Positions 1 to 11,700 of a DNA stretch of 29,463 nucleotides are shown here, piece by piece (positions within the stretch are counted from its first letter, which is position 1; every line of letters begins with the position of its first letter). The stretch comes from Candidatus Eiseniibacteriota bacterium (lineage in GTDB: Bacteria; Eisenbacteria; RBG-16-71-46; CAZEPH01), in assembly GCA_044229145.1 (NCBI GenBank), contig JBGATO010000048.1:1-29463 (forward strand), in the 5' to 3' direction. The position numbers were made by a program, and so were the translations under genes. Under the pieces are notes generated by a model that was not told where the DNA came from, did not search any database, and saw only the letters and a program-made list of their open reading frames with translations.

Positions 1-869
1 ACGTCGGCGGCCGGTGGCGGCGCGCAGACACCGAGCACCCGTCCTCCCGGTGCGCGCACGATGACGAAGTCCGCCGGGGCGTCCTCGATCTGCAGGAGCC
101 CGGCGCGCGGCGCCTGACCGTGCACCAGGCGCTCGGCATCCGCCCACTCGAGCGTCGCGTGCGGCAGGAAGGCCAGCGCCTCCTCCACTGTCAGGCCGTG
201 CGCGGCGATCGCGCCCGCCGCATCCGCTTCACGCAGCCGCGAGGTCGGCAGCGCCTGCGCGAGGTCGAACGGACCGGCAGCCTCGCGGCGCAAGCTCGCG
301 ACATGTCCCCCACACCCGAGCACCTCGCCGAGGTCGCGGGCGATCGAGCGAATGTACGTACCGCCGCCACACACGATGCGCACCTGCACGCGTGGCGGTG
401 CGCACGCGATGATCTCCAGCGCATGCACGACGACCTCACGAGGTGGCGCGTCGATCTCCTCGCCGCGGCGCGCGCGGCGGTACAGGCGCTCGCCATCGAC
501 CCACACCGCGGAGATGCGCGGCGGGCGCTGCGTGAATCGGCCGCGGAAGTGCGCCAGCGCCGCCTCGATGTCGGCGGCGGTCGCAGTGACCGGCGATTCG
601 CGCAGGGTCGAGCCGGTCAGGTCGTCGCTGTCGGTGACGCGCCCGAGCACGAATTCGGCGAGGTAGGTCTTGGTCGTGGCGCCGAGGAAGCGGACGATGC
701 GGGTCGCGCGCCCGGTCGCCACCACGAGGACGCCGGTGGCGAAGGGATCGAGCGTCCCGGCGTGTCCGGCGCTCGCGCCACGCCCGAGCGCGCGGCGTAC
801 CAGCGCCACCGCATCGTGAGATGTGATGCCGGCTTCCTTGTCGAGCACTAGCACGCGGTCGAGGCTCAC
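1..869 (-). CDS. truB: tRNA pseudouridine(55) synthase TruB, 3' end runs off the window
   Basis: Absent from the ORF track (no stop in window). Manual translation from GTG at 869, which overlaps the nrnA stop (GTGA): MSLDRVLVLDKEAGITSHDAV...AGHAGTLDPFATGVLVVATGRATR...TKTYLAEFVLGRVTDSDDLTG. Canonical position after rbfA/nrnA. Confidence 0.96.
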   Translation of the reverse strand, partial: MSLDRVLVLDKEAGITSHDAVALVRRALGRGASAGHAGTLDPFATGVLVVATGRATRIVRFLGATTKTYLAEFVLGRVTDSDDLTGSTLRESPVTATAADIEAALAHFRGRFTQRPPRISAVWVDGERLYRRARRGEEIDAPPREVVVHALEIIACAPPRVQVRIVCGGGTYIRSIARDLGEVLGCGGHVASLRREAAGPFDLAQALPTSRLREADAAGAIAAHGLTVEEALAFLPHATLEWADAERLVHGQAPRAGLLQIEDAPADFVIVRAPGGRVLGVCAPPPAAD

Positions 870-1879
870 GCGCGCACCTCGTCGCGCATCACGTCGCGCA
901 GCGCCTCGCGCACCGCCGCGCAGGCGTCATCGAGATTGCCGGCGATCGTGCAGCCGGCGGCGCGCTCGTGTCCTCCGCCGCCGAACCGCACCGCCGCCGG
1001 ACGCACCGACAGATCGCTGCGCGAGCGGAACGACACCCGCACTTCGCCCGGCGCCACCTCGCGCAGCAACGCGGCCAAGCGCACGCCCTCGATGTCGCCG
1101 AGATAGTTCACCAGGCCTTCGGAGTCGGCATCCGCGCCGCCGGTGTCGGCGAAGTCTGCGTGACGCAGGGAGGCGATCGCCACTGCGCCGTCGTCGTGCA
1201 GCGTCGTGCCGGCGAGGACACGCGCCAGCAACTGTGTGGTCGGCCAGGAGCGGCGGGCGAACAGCAACTCGCTGATGGTCTCATAGGCGCCGCCGGCCTC
1301 CCGCCATGCGGCGGCCAGACGCAAGGCTCGCGGCGTCGTGTTCGGGAACAGGAAGCGGCTGGTGTCGGTCATCACCGCGGTGAGCAGGCAGGTGGCGATC
1401 TCGGGGGTGACGCGCACGCCGAGTTCCTCGATCACCAGCGCCGATAGTTCACCGGTCGCCGACGCACTGATGTCGTGCAACGTGTGCGTGCCGAACGACG
1501 GCGACGGATGATGGTCGACGTCGATGACCACCGGGCAGCACGCCAGCGTGGTCATCAACTCCTCGCCCACCCGCGAGAGCTGGTCGCAGTCGAAGACCGC
1601 CGCGACATCGTACGTCGCCCCCGCCGGCAACGTAGTGACCACCTCGGCGAGGGACGGCAGGTAACCGTACACTGGCGCGATCGGTCCCGGCGACATCATC
1701 GTCACGTGCCCGTGCGAGATTCCGCGCAGCGCCAGCCCAACCGCCATCATCGAGCCGAGGGTGTCGCCGTCCGGATTGACGTGGGTGCAGAGCAGCACGC
1801 GCGGCGCCTCGCGCAGGAGCGTGGCGATTTCGCGCGCGGTGGCACGCAGCGCCGGAGGGAAGCCGTCGGGCGGGTTCAC
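866..1879 (-). CDS. nrnA: DHH/DHHA1 bifunctional oligoribonuclease / PAP phosphatase NrnA
   Basis: Motifs HVNPDGDTLGS, DVDHH, TDTSRF, GGGGHERAAG; 4-nt overlaps with rbfA and truB. Confidence 0.92.
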   Translation of the reverse strand: MNPPDGFPPALRATAREIATLLREAPRVLLCTHVNPDGDTLGSMMAVGLALRGISHGHVTMMSPGPIAPVYGYLPSLAEVVTTLPAGATYDVAAVFDCDQLSRVGEELMTTLACCPVVIDVDHHPSPSFGTHTLHDISASATGELSALVIEELGVRVTPEIATCLLTAVMTDTSRFLFPNTTPRALRLAAAWREAGGAYETISELLFARRSWPTTQLLARVLAGTTLHDDGAVAIASLRHADFADTGGADADSEGLVNYLGDIEGVRLAALLREVAPGEVRVSFRSRSDLSVRPAAVRFGGGGHERAAGCTIAGNLDDACAAVREALRDVMRDEVRA

Positions 1880-2298
1880 GAGGTGGACGACTCCGGGTCA
1901 TCGGCCGGCGCAGCGTCGGCGTCCGGTGCGGCCGCACTGCCGGCGCGCCGCGCATCGTCGTCTTCGATCTCGCGCAGCAGCTCTTGCACGCGCGCCAGCT
2001 TGGCCATCGATTCGTCGGCGACGAAGCGCAGTTCCGGGACTTGGCGGAGATCGACCTCGTGCTTCAGTTCCTGGCGTAGGAAGTGGCGCGCGTTCGCCAG
2101 CACTTTCAGACTGGCGCGCGTCTGCTCGTCATCGCCGAGGACGCTCACCGTCACCGTGGCGTACTTGAGATCGGCGGTGGTCTTCACGCCGAGCACGGTG
2201 ACGAACCCTTTGCGCGGGTCGCGAATCCGCGTCTCCAGCAGCTCCGCGAGCACGCGGCGCAGCAGGTCGTTGACGCGCTCCAAACGCTGTCCCTGCAC
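1876..2298 (-). CDS. rbfA: 30S ribosome-binding factor A
   Basis: RLERVNDLLRR...IRDPR...TADLKYATVTVS...LRQVPELRFVADES. Start GTG at 2298 after SD AGGAGG; the ORF-track start at 2472 is over-extended. Confidence 0.95.
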   Translation of the reverse strand: MQGQRLERVNDLLRRVLAELLETRIRDPRKGFVTVLGVKTTADLKYATVTVSVLGDDEQTRASLKVLANARHFLRQELKHEVDLRQVPELRFVADESMAKLARVQELLREIEDDDARRAGSAAAPDADAAPADDPESSTS

Positions 2299-2380
2299 GA
2301 CACCTCCTGTGAGCGCGGACGGCCGGGGGATACGACCCCGGCGCACCTTCCCGTCCGCTCCAACGTTGCACGCCGCGCGC

Positions 2381-2662
2381 CTAGCGGATGTCGACGTATC
2401 CGTCGACCACCAGCACGCGATCGTCCGACTCGATGAGTCGCTGGATCGCCGCGAGCACGTCGCGGCATCCACTGTCCTCGTGGCTCACCACCGCGACGCC
2501 GAGGCGCGCGCGTTGCCACGTATCTTGATGCCCGATCTCGGCGATCGACGCATTGAAGCGCCCTCGCACGCGATCCTTCACGCGGTTCAACACCGCGCGT
2601 TTGTCCTTGAGCGAGGCCGAGCCCGGTAACCAGAGCTCGACCTCCAAGGTTCCGACGATCAC
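2381..2662 (-). CDS. DUF503 (YlxP-like) protein
   Basis: MIVGTLEVELWLPGSASLKDKRAVL...RFNASIAEIGHQDTWQRARLGVAVVS signature; typical position between infB and rbfA. Confidence 0.9.
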   Translation of the reverse strand: MIVGTLEVELWLPGSASLKDKRAVLNRVKDRVRGRFNASIAEIGHQDTWQRARLGVAVVSHEDSGCRDVLAAIQRLIESDDRVLVVDGYVDIR

Positions 2663-2678
2663 CGCGAGCCGCCGCGCG

Positions 2679-5413
<2,735 letters not shown>

Positions 5414-5417
<4 letters not shown>

Positions 5418-6799
5418 GAAGCAACTCCCTCCTTGCCCGCTTCCTCACCGCTGGCATCGTCGTCGGCGGAGAGAGTCGCGTCGTCGGCAGTCGACGCGTC
5501 GTTCGGTGCCGGTTCGATCGCGGTGTCGCCGCTGGCGTCGGCCTCAGCCTCCGCCTGCGCGCTCAATGCATCGTCGGCGATGGCGAGCAGTTTCGCTGCG
5601 ACCTTGTCGCCAATGCCGGAAATCGCGGTGAGACCTTCGAGGCCGGCCCGCTGCACATCCGCCGCCGTCTCGATTCCCTCCCGCGCCAAGCGGCTGGCGA
5701 GAGCCTCGCCCACCTCCGGCAGCGTTTCGAGATCCACTTCGCGTTCGCGCTCTTCGGCCGCCGCCTTGTCGGTGTCGCTCTTGGCGACCAGGTCGATGGC
5801 CCAGCCCGTGAGCTTTGCCGCGAGACGCGCGTTCTGCCCTGCCTTGCCGATCGCCAACGACAGCTGGTCGTCGGCGACGTACACGATCAGCTTGCCCTCG
5901 GCCGCCATCATCTGCGTGTCGAGCACCTTGGCCGGCGACAGCGCACGCCGCGCGAACACCACGGCGTCCGCGCTCCACGGCACGATGTCGATCCGTTCGC
6001 CACTCAACTCGCGCACCACGGCCTGCACACGCGCGCCCTTGATGCCGACACACGCGCCCACCGGATCGATGCGGTCGTCGTTCGAGTGCACGGCGATCTT
6101 CGACCGCGTGCCGGGCTCGCGCGCCACCGCCTTGATTTGCACGACGCCGTCGGCGATCTCCGGCACCTCGCTCTCGAACAGCTTGACGAGGAACTCGGGG
6201 TGCGTGCGCGACAGCGTCACCTGCGGTCCCTTGGTGCTGCGCTCGACGCCGCAGACGTAGGCGCGGATGTAGTCGCCCGGCCGATAGTGGTCGCGCGAAA
6301 TCTGCTCGCGCACCGGCAGGATGGCCTCGCTGCGATCGAGCTTCACGATGACGTTGCCGCGATCCACCTGCTGCACGGTACCGCGCACCAGTTCGCCGAC
6401 GCGGTCCTGGAAGTCGCGGTAGACGCGATCGCGTTCCGCCTCGCGGACGCGTTGGATGACTACTTGCTTCGCCGCCTGGATCGCGTTGCGGCCGAACTGC
6501 TCGATCGGCAGCGGAATCACCAGGTCGCTGCCGACCGCCGCGCGGTCGTCGTAGCGGCGCGCGTCCTCGAGCGTGATCTCGATCTGTGAGTCGGTGACCT
6601 CCTCGACGATCGACAAGCGGCGCGCGACGGAGATGCGGCCCGACTTGGGGTCGAGCGTCACATCGACGTTGGTGTTCGGGCCGTACTTCTTCTTCACGGC
6701 CTGCACCAGACCGACTTGAAGCGTCTCCCGCACCAGCTCCGGGTCGACATTCTTCTCGCGTGCGATCTGTCCCAGGGCTTCCTGGATCTCGTAATTCAT
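5414..6799 (-). CDS. nusA: Transcription termination/antitermination factor NusA
   Basis: ATG at 6799 (MNYEIQEALGQIAREKNV); FGRNAIQAAKQVVIQRVREAER, AREPGTRSKIAV, DPVGACVG, LAIGKAGQNARLA; C-terminal helix-hairpin-helix domain. Confidence 0.97.
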
Positions 6800-6899
6800 C
6801 GCTCGTCCGCCTTTCGCTCCATTGCGCCGCGCGCCGGCGCCTTCCCCGCACCGTCCTCTGGCGCGGTGCCCCGCGCTGTCCGCGGGGCCGAATCGTGTG

Positions 6900-7469
6900 C
6901 TACAGCAGCTCGTCGCCGAGATCGTCCGGCGCGCCGCCGCGATGCGCATGGTGCTTGCCGCCGCGCGGCTTCTCGCCGCGCTTGCGATCGTCCGGCGTGA
7001 CCGAGTTCGGCCACAGATCGGCCACCAAGTGCGCGTTGGCGATGGTGTCGAACGGCAGCGAGAGCAACTCGCCGTCATCCAGCTTGAGCGCCACCATCGT
7101 CTCGGTGGCCTCGAGAATCTCGCCCACCACGGCGTTGGTGCCGAGCACCGGCATCCGCGTCACCACGCGCACCCGCCGGCCAACGAAGTACTGGTACTCG
7201 GCGATCCGCCGCAGCGGCCGCTCGAGTCCCGGCGACGACACTTCCAGCACGTAGCTGCCGCTGAAGACGTCTTCGGTGTCGAGCGCGTCCTCGACGGCGC
7301 GACTGGTTTCCGCGCAATCGTCGATCGTGACGCCGCCCGGCTTGTCGATGTAGAGACGCACGATGGTGCGCCGGCCCGCCGGGGCGATCTCCGCGTCCAC
7401 TACCCAGATGCCGGTGCCCTCGAGGACACTGTCGGCCAGGGATCGCACGCGCTCCCGCAGGTCTTCCAC
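6900..7469 (-). CDS. rimP: Ribosome maturation factor RimP
   Basis: VRLYIDKPGGVTIDDCA...YVLEVSSPGLERPL; GTG at 7469 preceded by AAGGGAG. Confidence 0.95.
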   Translation of the reverse strand: MEDLRERVRSLADSVLEGTGIWVVDAEIAPAGRRTIVRLYIDKPGGVTIDDCAETSRAVEDALDTEDVFSGSYVLEVSSPGLERPLRRIAEYQYFVGRRVRVVTRMPVLGTNAVVGEILEATETMVALKLDDGELLSLPFDTIANAHLVADLWPNSVTPDDRKRGEKPRGGKHHAHRGGAPDDLGDELL

Positions 7470-7559
7470 ACCGCTCCCTTCATCGAGACCGCCGCCCGCC
7501 ACCGCACCCTTCCGTCCCTCGCCGCCGCGCTCCGCAGGGCGCCGACAGGCTTTCGGACG

Positions 7560-7596
7560 AAAAAAAAAGACGCAGACAGACATCGCACTGCGCCCC
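7560..7596 (-). terminator. Intrinsic terminator / attenuator in the rimP leader
   Basis: Minus strand GGCGCAG-(12 nt)-CTGCGTC followed by T9 (A-run 7560-7568 on +), about 90 nt upstream of the rimP start. Confidence 0.8.
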
Positions 7597-7728
7597 GGCG
7601 TGGCGAACGGCACTTCCGTTCACCCTGTGTAAGAGATCAGCCGACGCCGGATAGACAGCACGCGCCGAAGCGAATCGCTCCGGCGTCCGGACGAGGCACG
7701 TGAAGGCGCTAGGCGCGCCCGGCTAGAG

Positions 7729-7757
7729 AAGATAGACGTGCGGCCTCACGCAAGCAA
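7729..7757 (-). promoter_or_regulatory. Putative sigma70 promoter of the rimP-nusA-infB operon
   Basis: TTGCTT (7757-7752) - 17 nt - TATCTT (7734-7729) in an AT-richer patch right after the upstream stop codon; start site predicted near 7722. Confidence 0.65.
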
Positions 7758-7771
7758 GGGAAAAGGCGGGA

Positions 7772-8707
7772 TCAGTCCGGGATCGGACCGGGGTAGCGGC
7801 TGAGGTAGCGCAGGAGGGTTTCCCCGACGGCGGTCAGGCTGGCGGCCGAGCACTTGTCCGGCGTGTCTGCCAGCGTGTGCCAGGCCGGATAGTCGAAGTC
7901 GATGATGTCGAGGGACGGGATGCCGGCCTCGATCAGCGGGGTGTGGTCGTCGGTCATCTCGTAGCCCCGACTGTCCACCCACACTTGCGGCGCCACCGTG
8001 GCCCCGATCTTCCAGATGTCGCGGATCTGCCGCGGCGCCGAGCGCCACGACGCGCCTTCGACCGGCAAGGTCAGCTGGGCGTCCCCCACCATGTCGAGCA
8101 GGATCGCCAGTTCCGGCTTCACCCCGCCGGCCGGGTGCGCCGCGTAGTAGCGCGCCCCCTGGCTGAACAGCTGCGGCGCGAAATCCGACCCGAGGTCTTC
8201 CCCGTCGAACAGAACGATGTCGAGCCCGATGCCCTTCGGCGGCGCGGCGGCCAAGTGCCGGGCCATCTCGCACAACACGGCCACGCCGCTGGCACCATCG
8301 TTGGCCCCCAGAACCGGCTGCCGCCGCGCGGCGGGGTCGGTTTCCTTGTCCGCCCACGGACGCGAGTCCCAGTGCGCGCACAGCAGGACGCGGCGTGAGG
8401 CCTCCGGCGACAGCCGCGCCACGATGTTGACCATCGGCGTCGGCACTCCCGCGACGGTACCGGTGAAGGGCTGGCGCTCCACTGTCCAGCCCGCGACTCG
8501 CAGGGTGTCCGCCAGGACGACCGCGATACTGTCGTGCGCCGCGGTGCCCGGCACGCGAGGTCCCGCCGCGCACTGCATCTCGAGCAGCCGCATCGCGCGC
8601 GCACCGTCGAAGCGCGCGTCGGAACGCACCGCGCGCGTGCTGGCGCACCCGCCCGCCGGCAGCGCCACGGCGCACACCACCAACCACCCGAGGAATCGCC
8701 GCATCAT
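7772..8707 (-). CDS. M28-family lipoprotein, type II (animal-like/Bacteroidota-like) glutaminyl cyclase-like
   Basis: ATG at 8707 overlaps the sprA stop (ATGA). Signal MMRRFLGWLVVCAVALPAGG-C. Motifs GPRVPGT, CAHWDSRPWAD, GANDGASGVAVL, FDGEDLG, ILLDMVGD, TDDH, WHTLADT. M28 membership is secure; cyclase versus aminopeptidase is inferred. Confidence 0.85.
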   Translation of the reverse strand: MMRRFLGWLVVCAVALPAGGCASTRAVRSDARFDGARAMRLLEMQCAAGPRVPGTAAHDSIAVVLADTLRVAGWTVERQPFTGTVAGVPTPMVNIVARLSPEASRRVLLCAHWDSRPWADKETDPAARRQPVLGANDGASGVAVLCEMARHLAAAPPKGIGLDIVLFDGEDLGSDFAPQLFSQGARYYAAHPAGGVKPELAILLDMVGDAQLTLPVEGASWRSAPRQIRDIWKIGATVAPQVWVDSRGYEMTDDHTPLIEAGIPSLDIIDFDYPAWHTLADTPDKCSAASLTAVGETLLRYLSRYPGPIPD

Positions 8708-11700
8708 TGGAAGATGTACTCCAGCGATGTCTCCAGTTCGACGGTCTGCCGCCAGTTCCCGTCGAGGCGCGGCGTGACGCGGCCAACCTTGAGATTGAAC
8801 GACGTCCGCACGTCCTGCCCGACCTGGTAGTCGGCCGTGGTGAGCAGGTTCCACTTGCGGGTGTCGTCGGTCAGACGCGGCGACAGCGAGTTGCCCTGCC
8901 TCGACGTGTTGTAGGTGAACGAGAACGACGTGTTGAGCGGACTGCGCAACTTGATGCGCCCGCCCCACGGCACCGGGAATCCGTGCTGCGTGTCGAACTG
9001 CTTGCGCACCTCCAGCGAGTGCGCCCACGTGTCGGTGTTGTCGAATCCACTCGACGCGCCGTAGCTGGTAATCGAGTTCTGATGTTCGGAGCGGAACGAC
9101 ATCGTGGTGCCGCCGCGGAACGAGCCTTGCAGCGACACGAACGGCTGCCACGAGGTCTGGTCCTGCACCGACTGCAAGGCATTCCGCGATGCGTCCGCGT
9201 AGTCGTGCTTGCTGGTCTTGCGGTAGCTGGATTCCAGGCTCAGCGTCGAGAAGACCTTCTTCAGCACCTTCACCTTGCTCTCGAGCGCCGGGATGCTGCC
9301 GTGGATGTCGGGCCAGGTTTGCGTGCGCGAGGGCAGGCCGATGCCGTTGTTGACCTGCTCGTCGTCGCGCAAGTCGTAGCGCCCGTCGACGGTGATCATG
9401 CCGAACACCGTGCCGCGCAGGCTGGCGCGATCGCTGACGCTGCGGCTCGAGCCGACGCGGTACTGACTGAGATGCGTGAGATCGTCCGCGTGGGTCGAGA
9501 ATCCGAGCTGATACCCAAGGCCGGGCAACGAGCCGACGCGGTCGTACGACGAACTGTTCTGCACCGTATGACTGACCGTCACCGCTTCATTGACCGTCAA
9601 CACGCTCGACAGCAACTTGCGCAGCCCGAGCACCGGATTGAGCGAGGGGCCCTTCGCCGTGCTGGTCTTCGCGGTGTCCTGTGCGGCTTGCTGGCGCAGC
9701 GTCTTCGGCGTTTGTCGCGGCCGGCCGAAGAGCCACTGCATCGGCAGACGCCCATTGAAATCGAGCTGGCGGTTGTTCTGCACGGCGAAGACGTCGCCGG
9801 TATCGCCGGGTTGACGCAGACCGAGATCGGCGTTCACGCCGGACGAGCCGGTGTAGCCCATCGACCCGCCGAGTTTGCGCAAGAAGCCTGGCTGGTAGTC
9901 GAAGCTGAGCGACTTGCTCGACAGCACCTCGCGGCCGGAGTTGCCGAGGATCGGCAGCGCGCGACCAATTTCTTGTGTGAGGTCGCGCTTGCTGCTCACC
10001 GCCAGCGCGACGTTGCGCAAATCGTCCACCGGCTGGAAGGCGACCCGTCCGGTGATCGTCGCCGCTTTGGAATGGGTGCGGCTGGCATCGCCGACCACGT
10101 CGGAGTCGCCGAGGGCACTGGCGAGCGTGCGCACGTAGGTCACCGAGTGCGACGACGAGGCTTGCACGTCGACGCCGATTTCCGTCGGCATGTAGCGCAA
10201 CGTCGCGGTGCGCAAACGCGGGAAGGCGACGCCGACGATCTTTCCCCATGGCAACACCGGCAGCAGCAGCTGGCCCGTGCCGCCGGCACGCGGGATCCCC
10301 GCGCGCACGGCGTACTTGAGATAGCCGCCGGTTCCTCGCGTCGAATCGATCCCGGTGGTCTGAATGCGATACGACGATGTCTGCGTCGCATTGAAACTGA
10401 AGGCGTCGAGCGTGTAGCGCAGCAGCCCATTGTGTGACGGCGTCTTCGAGTACCCGATCGTGGTCGACGTGTTGCCGTCGGTCGCGCGGAAGCGCCGCTG
10501 CAGGTCGTTGCTGTATCGCGTGTCGGATCCCGGCTGGAACTTGGGCGTGCTGCGGTTTTGCGTCCACTGATACGTCACCGGCAAGCGGAGTCCCCACGCC
10601 GCGGGCAGGAAGCGGTCGGCGTTGAGGCTGGTGTTCGCGCTCAAGCTGCGATCCGTATTGCCGGAACCTTCCGAGCCGCCGATCTGCAGGAAGTTGGCAT
10701 CCTTCTGCGAGTACGACAGCCCGAGGCTCCCGATGTCGGAGATGTTGCCATTGAGCACCGCCCGGCGGGCCAGGCCGCGCTCGCGCCGCACCGCGCCGAT
10801 GCGCACTTCGTCGACGTAGAGCAACCCGCTGGTGGGGAGATCATCGAGCCGGTTGATGACCCCGATCTCCATCCGTTTGACACGCCGCAGGCTTGGCGCG
10901 CCGGCCACCAGCAGGGTGTCGGGGATGTCGGAGCCCGCGCGCGGCAGCAGGCGATACGGCACCACCGAATCGCGGCCCGCATAGTCGCGCGGCAGCGTCA
11001 GGAAGCCCTCGGGTTCGAGCTTGGTCCGGGTCGCCATTTCGAGCGGAATGAACAGCGCGCGCCAGGCGCCCGGCGACGTCCCGGTCCCGAGACGCGTGCG
11101 ATACTCGTAGTAGTTCACACTGTCGGCGCCGAGCCGGAAGAAGAACGTGCTGCTGTCGTTGAACGTGGCGAGGTCGGGGCGGCGCACCCACATCTCCAAC
11201 GAGTCGTACTGCACGTAGTTCTGGTCCGTCGCCAGGTTGCGGAACGCCGATGCCGTCTGGCGCGGCTTGACGTTCTGGAAGTCGAGAACGAGCGAGTTCT
11301 CCGGCAGCACGCCGCGGTCGATACTCGTCGGGTCGCGCTGCAACGTGCCGGGCGGCGGCTCGTACCCCGCGGAACCGGCGCCCTTGGTGCTCGCGACGCG
11401 CACCGTCACCGAGGTTGCGATGTCCTGCGGCGGGCGCTCGAGCCACGTATTCCCCACCACGTCGAGCCGGACGATCTGGAGCGTCAGCGGCTGATCCGCG
11501 CCTTCCACCCAGATGCGGCAGTGCTGGACCTGCTGCCAGCTTGGACGACTGATGCCGTCGCTCGAGCGCGCGATCGCCTCGCCGAGTGGGATCTGGAAGA
11601 GCCGGAATCCGTTCTTGAGCTCGGGATATTTCTCCGCCTCGTCGCGCGCCGGTTGTCCCCCGAGATTGAGCGTGAACTCGAAGTAGCGCGCCGACGTGTT

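Noticed and set aside
7560..7568. A9 homopolymer as a phase-variation tract
   Set aside because: Non-coding once rimP starts at 7469; explained as the terminator U-tract.
7637..7699. 20-codon leader peptide MPRPDAGAIRFGACCLSGVG in the rimP leader
   Set aside because: GTG start without SD and no informative codon run; small ORFs like this arise by chance.
7560..7722. tRNA (metY-like), SRP RNA or 6S RNA upstream of rimP
   Set aside because: No cloverleaf or T-loop, no SRP domain IV motif and no convincing 6S features; treated as a leader pending an Rfam search.
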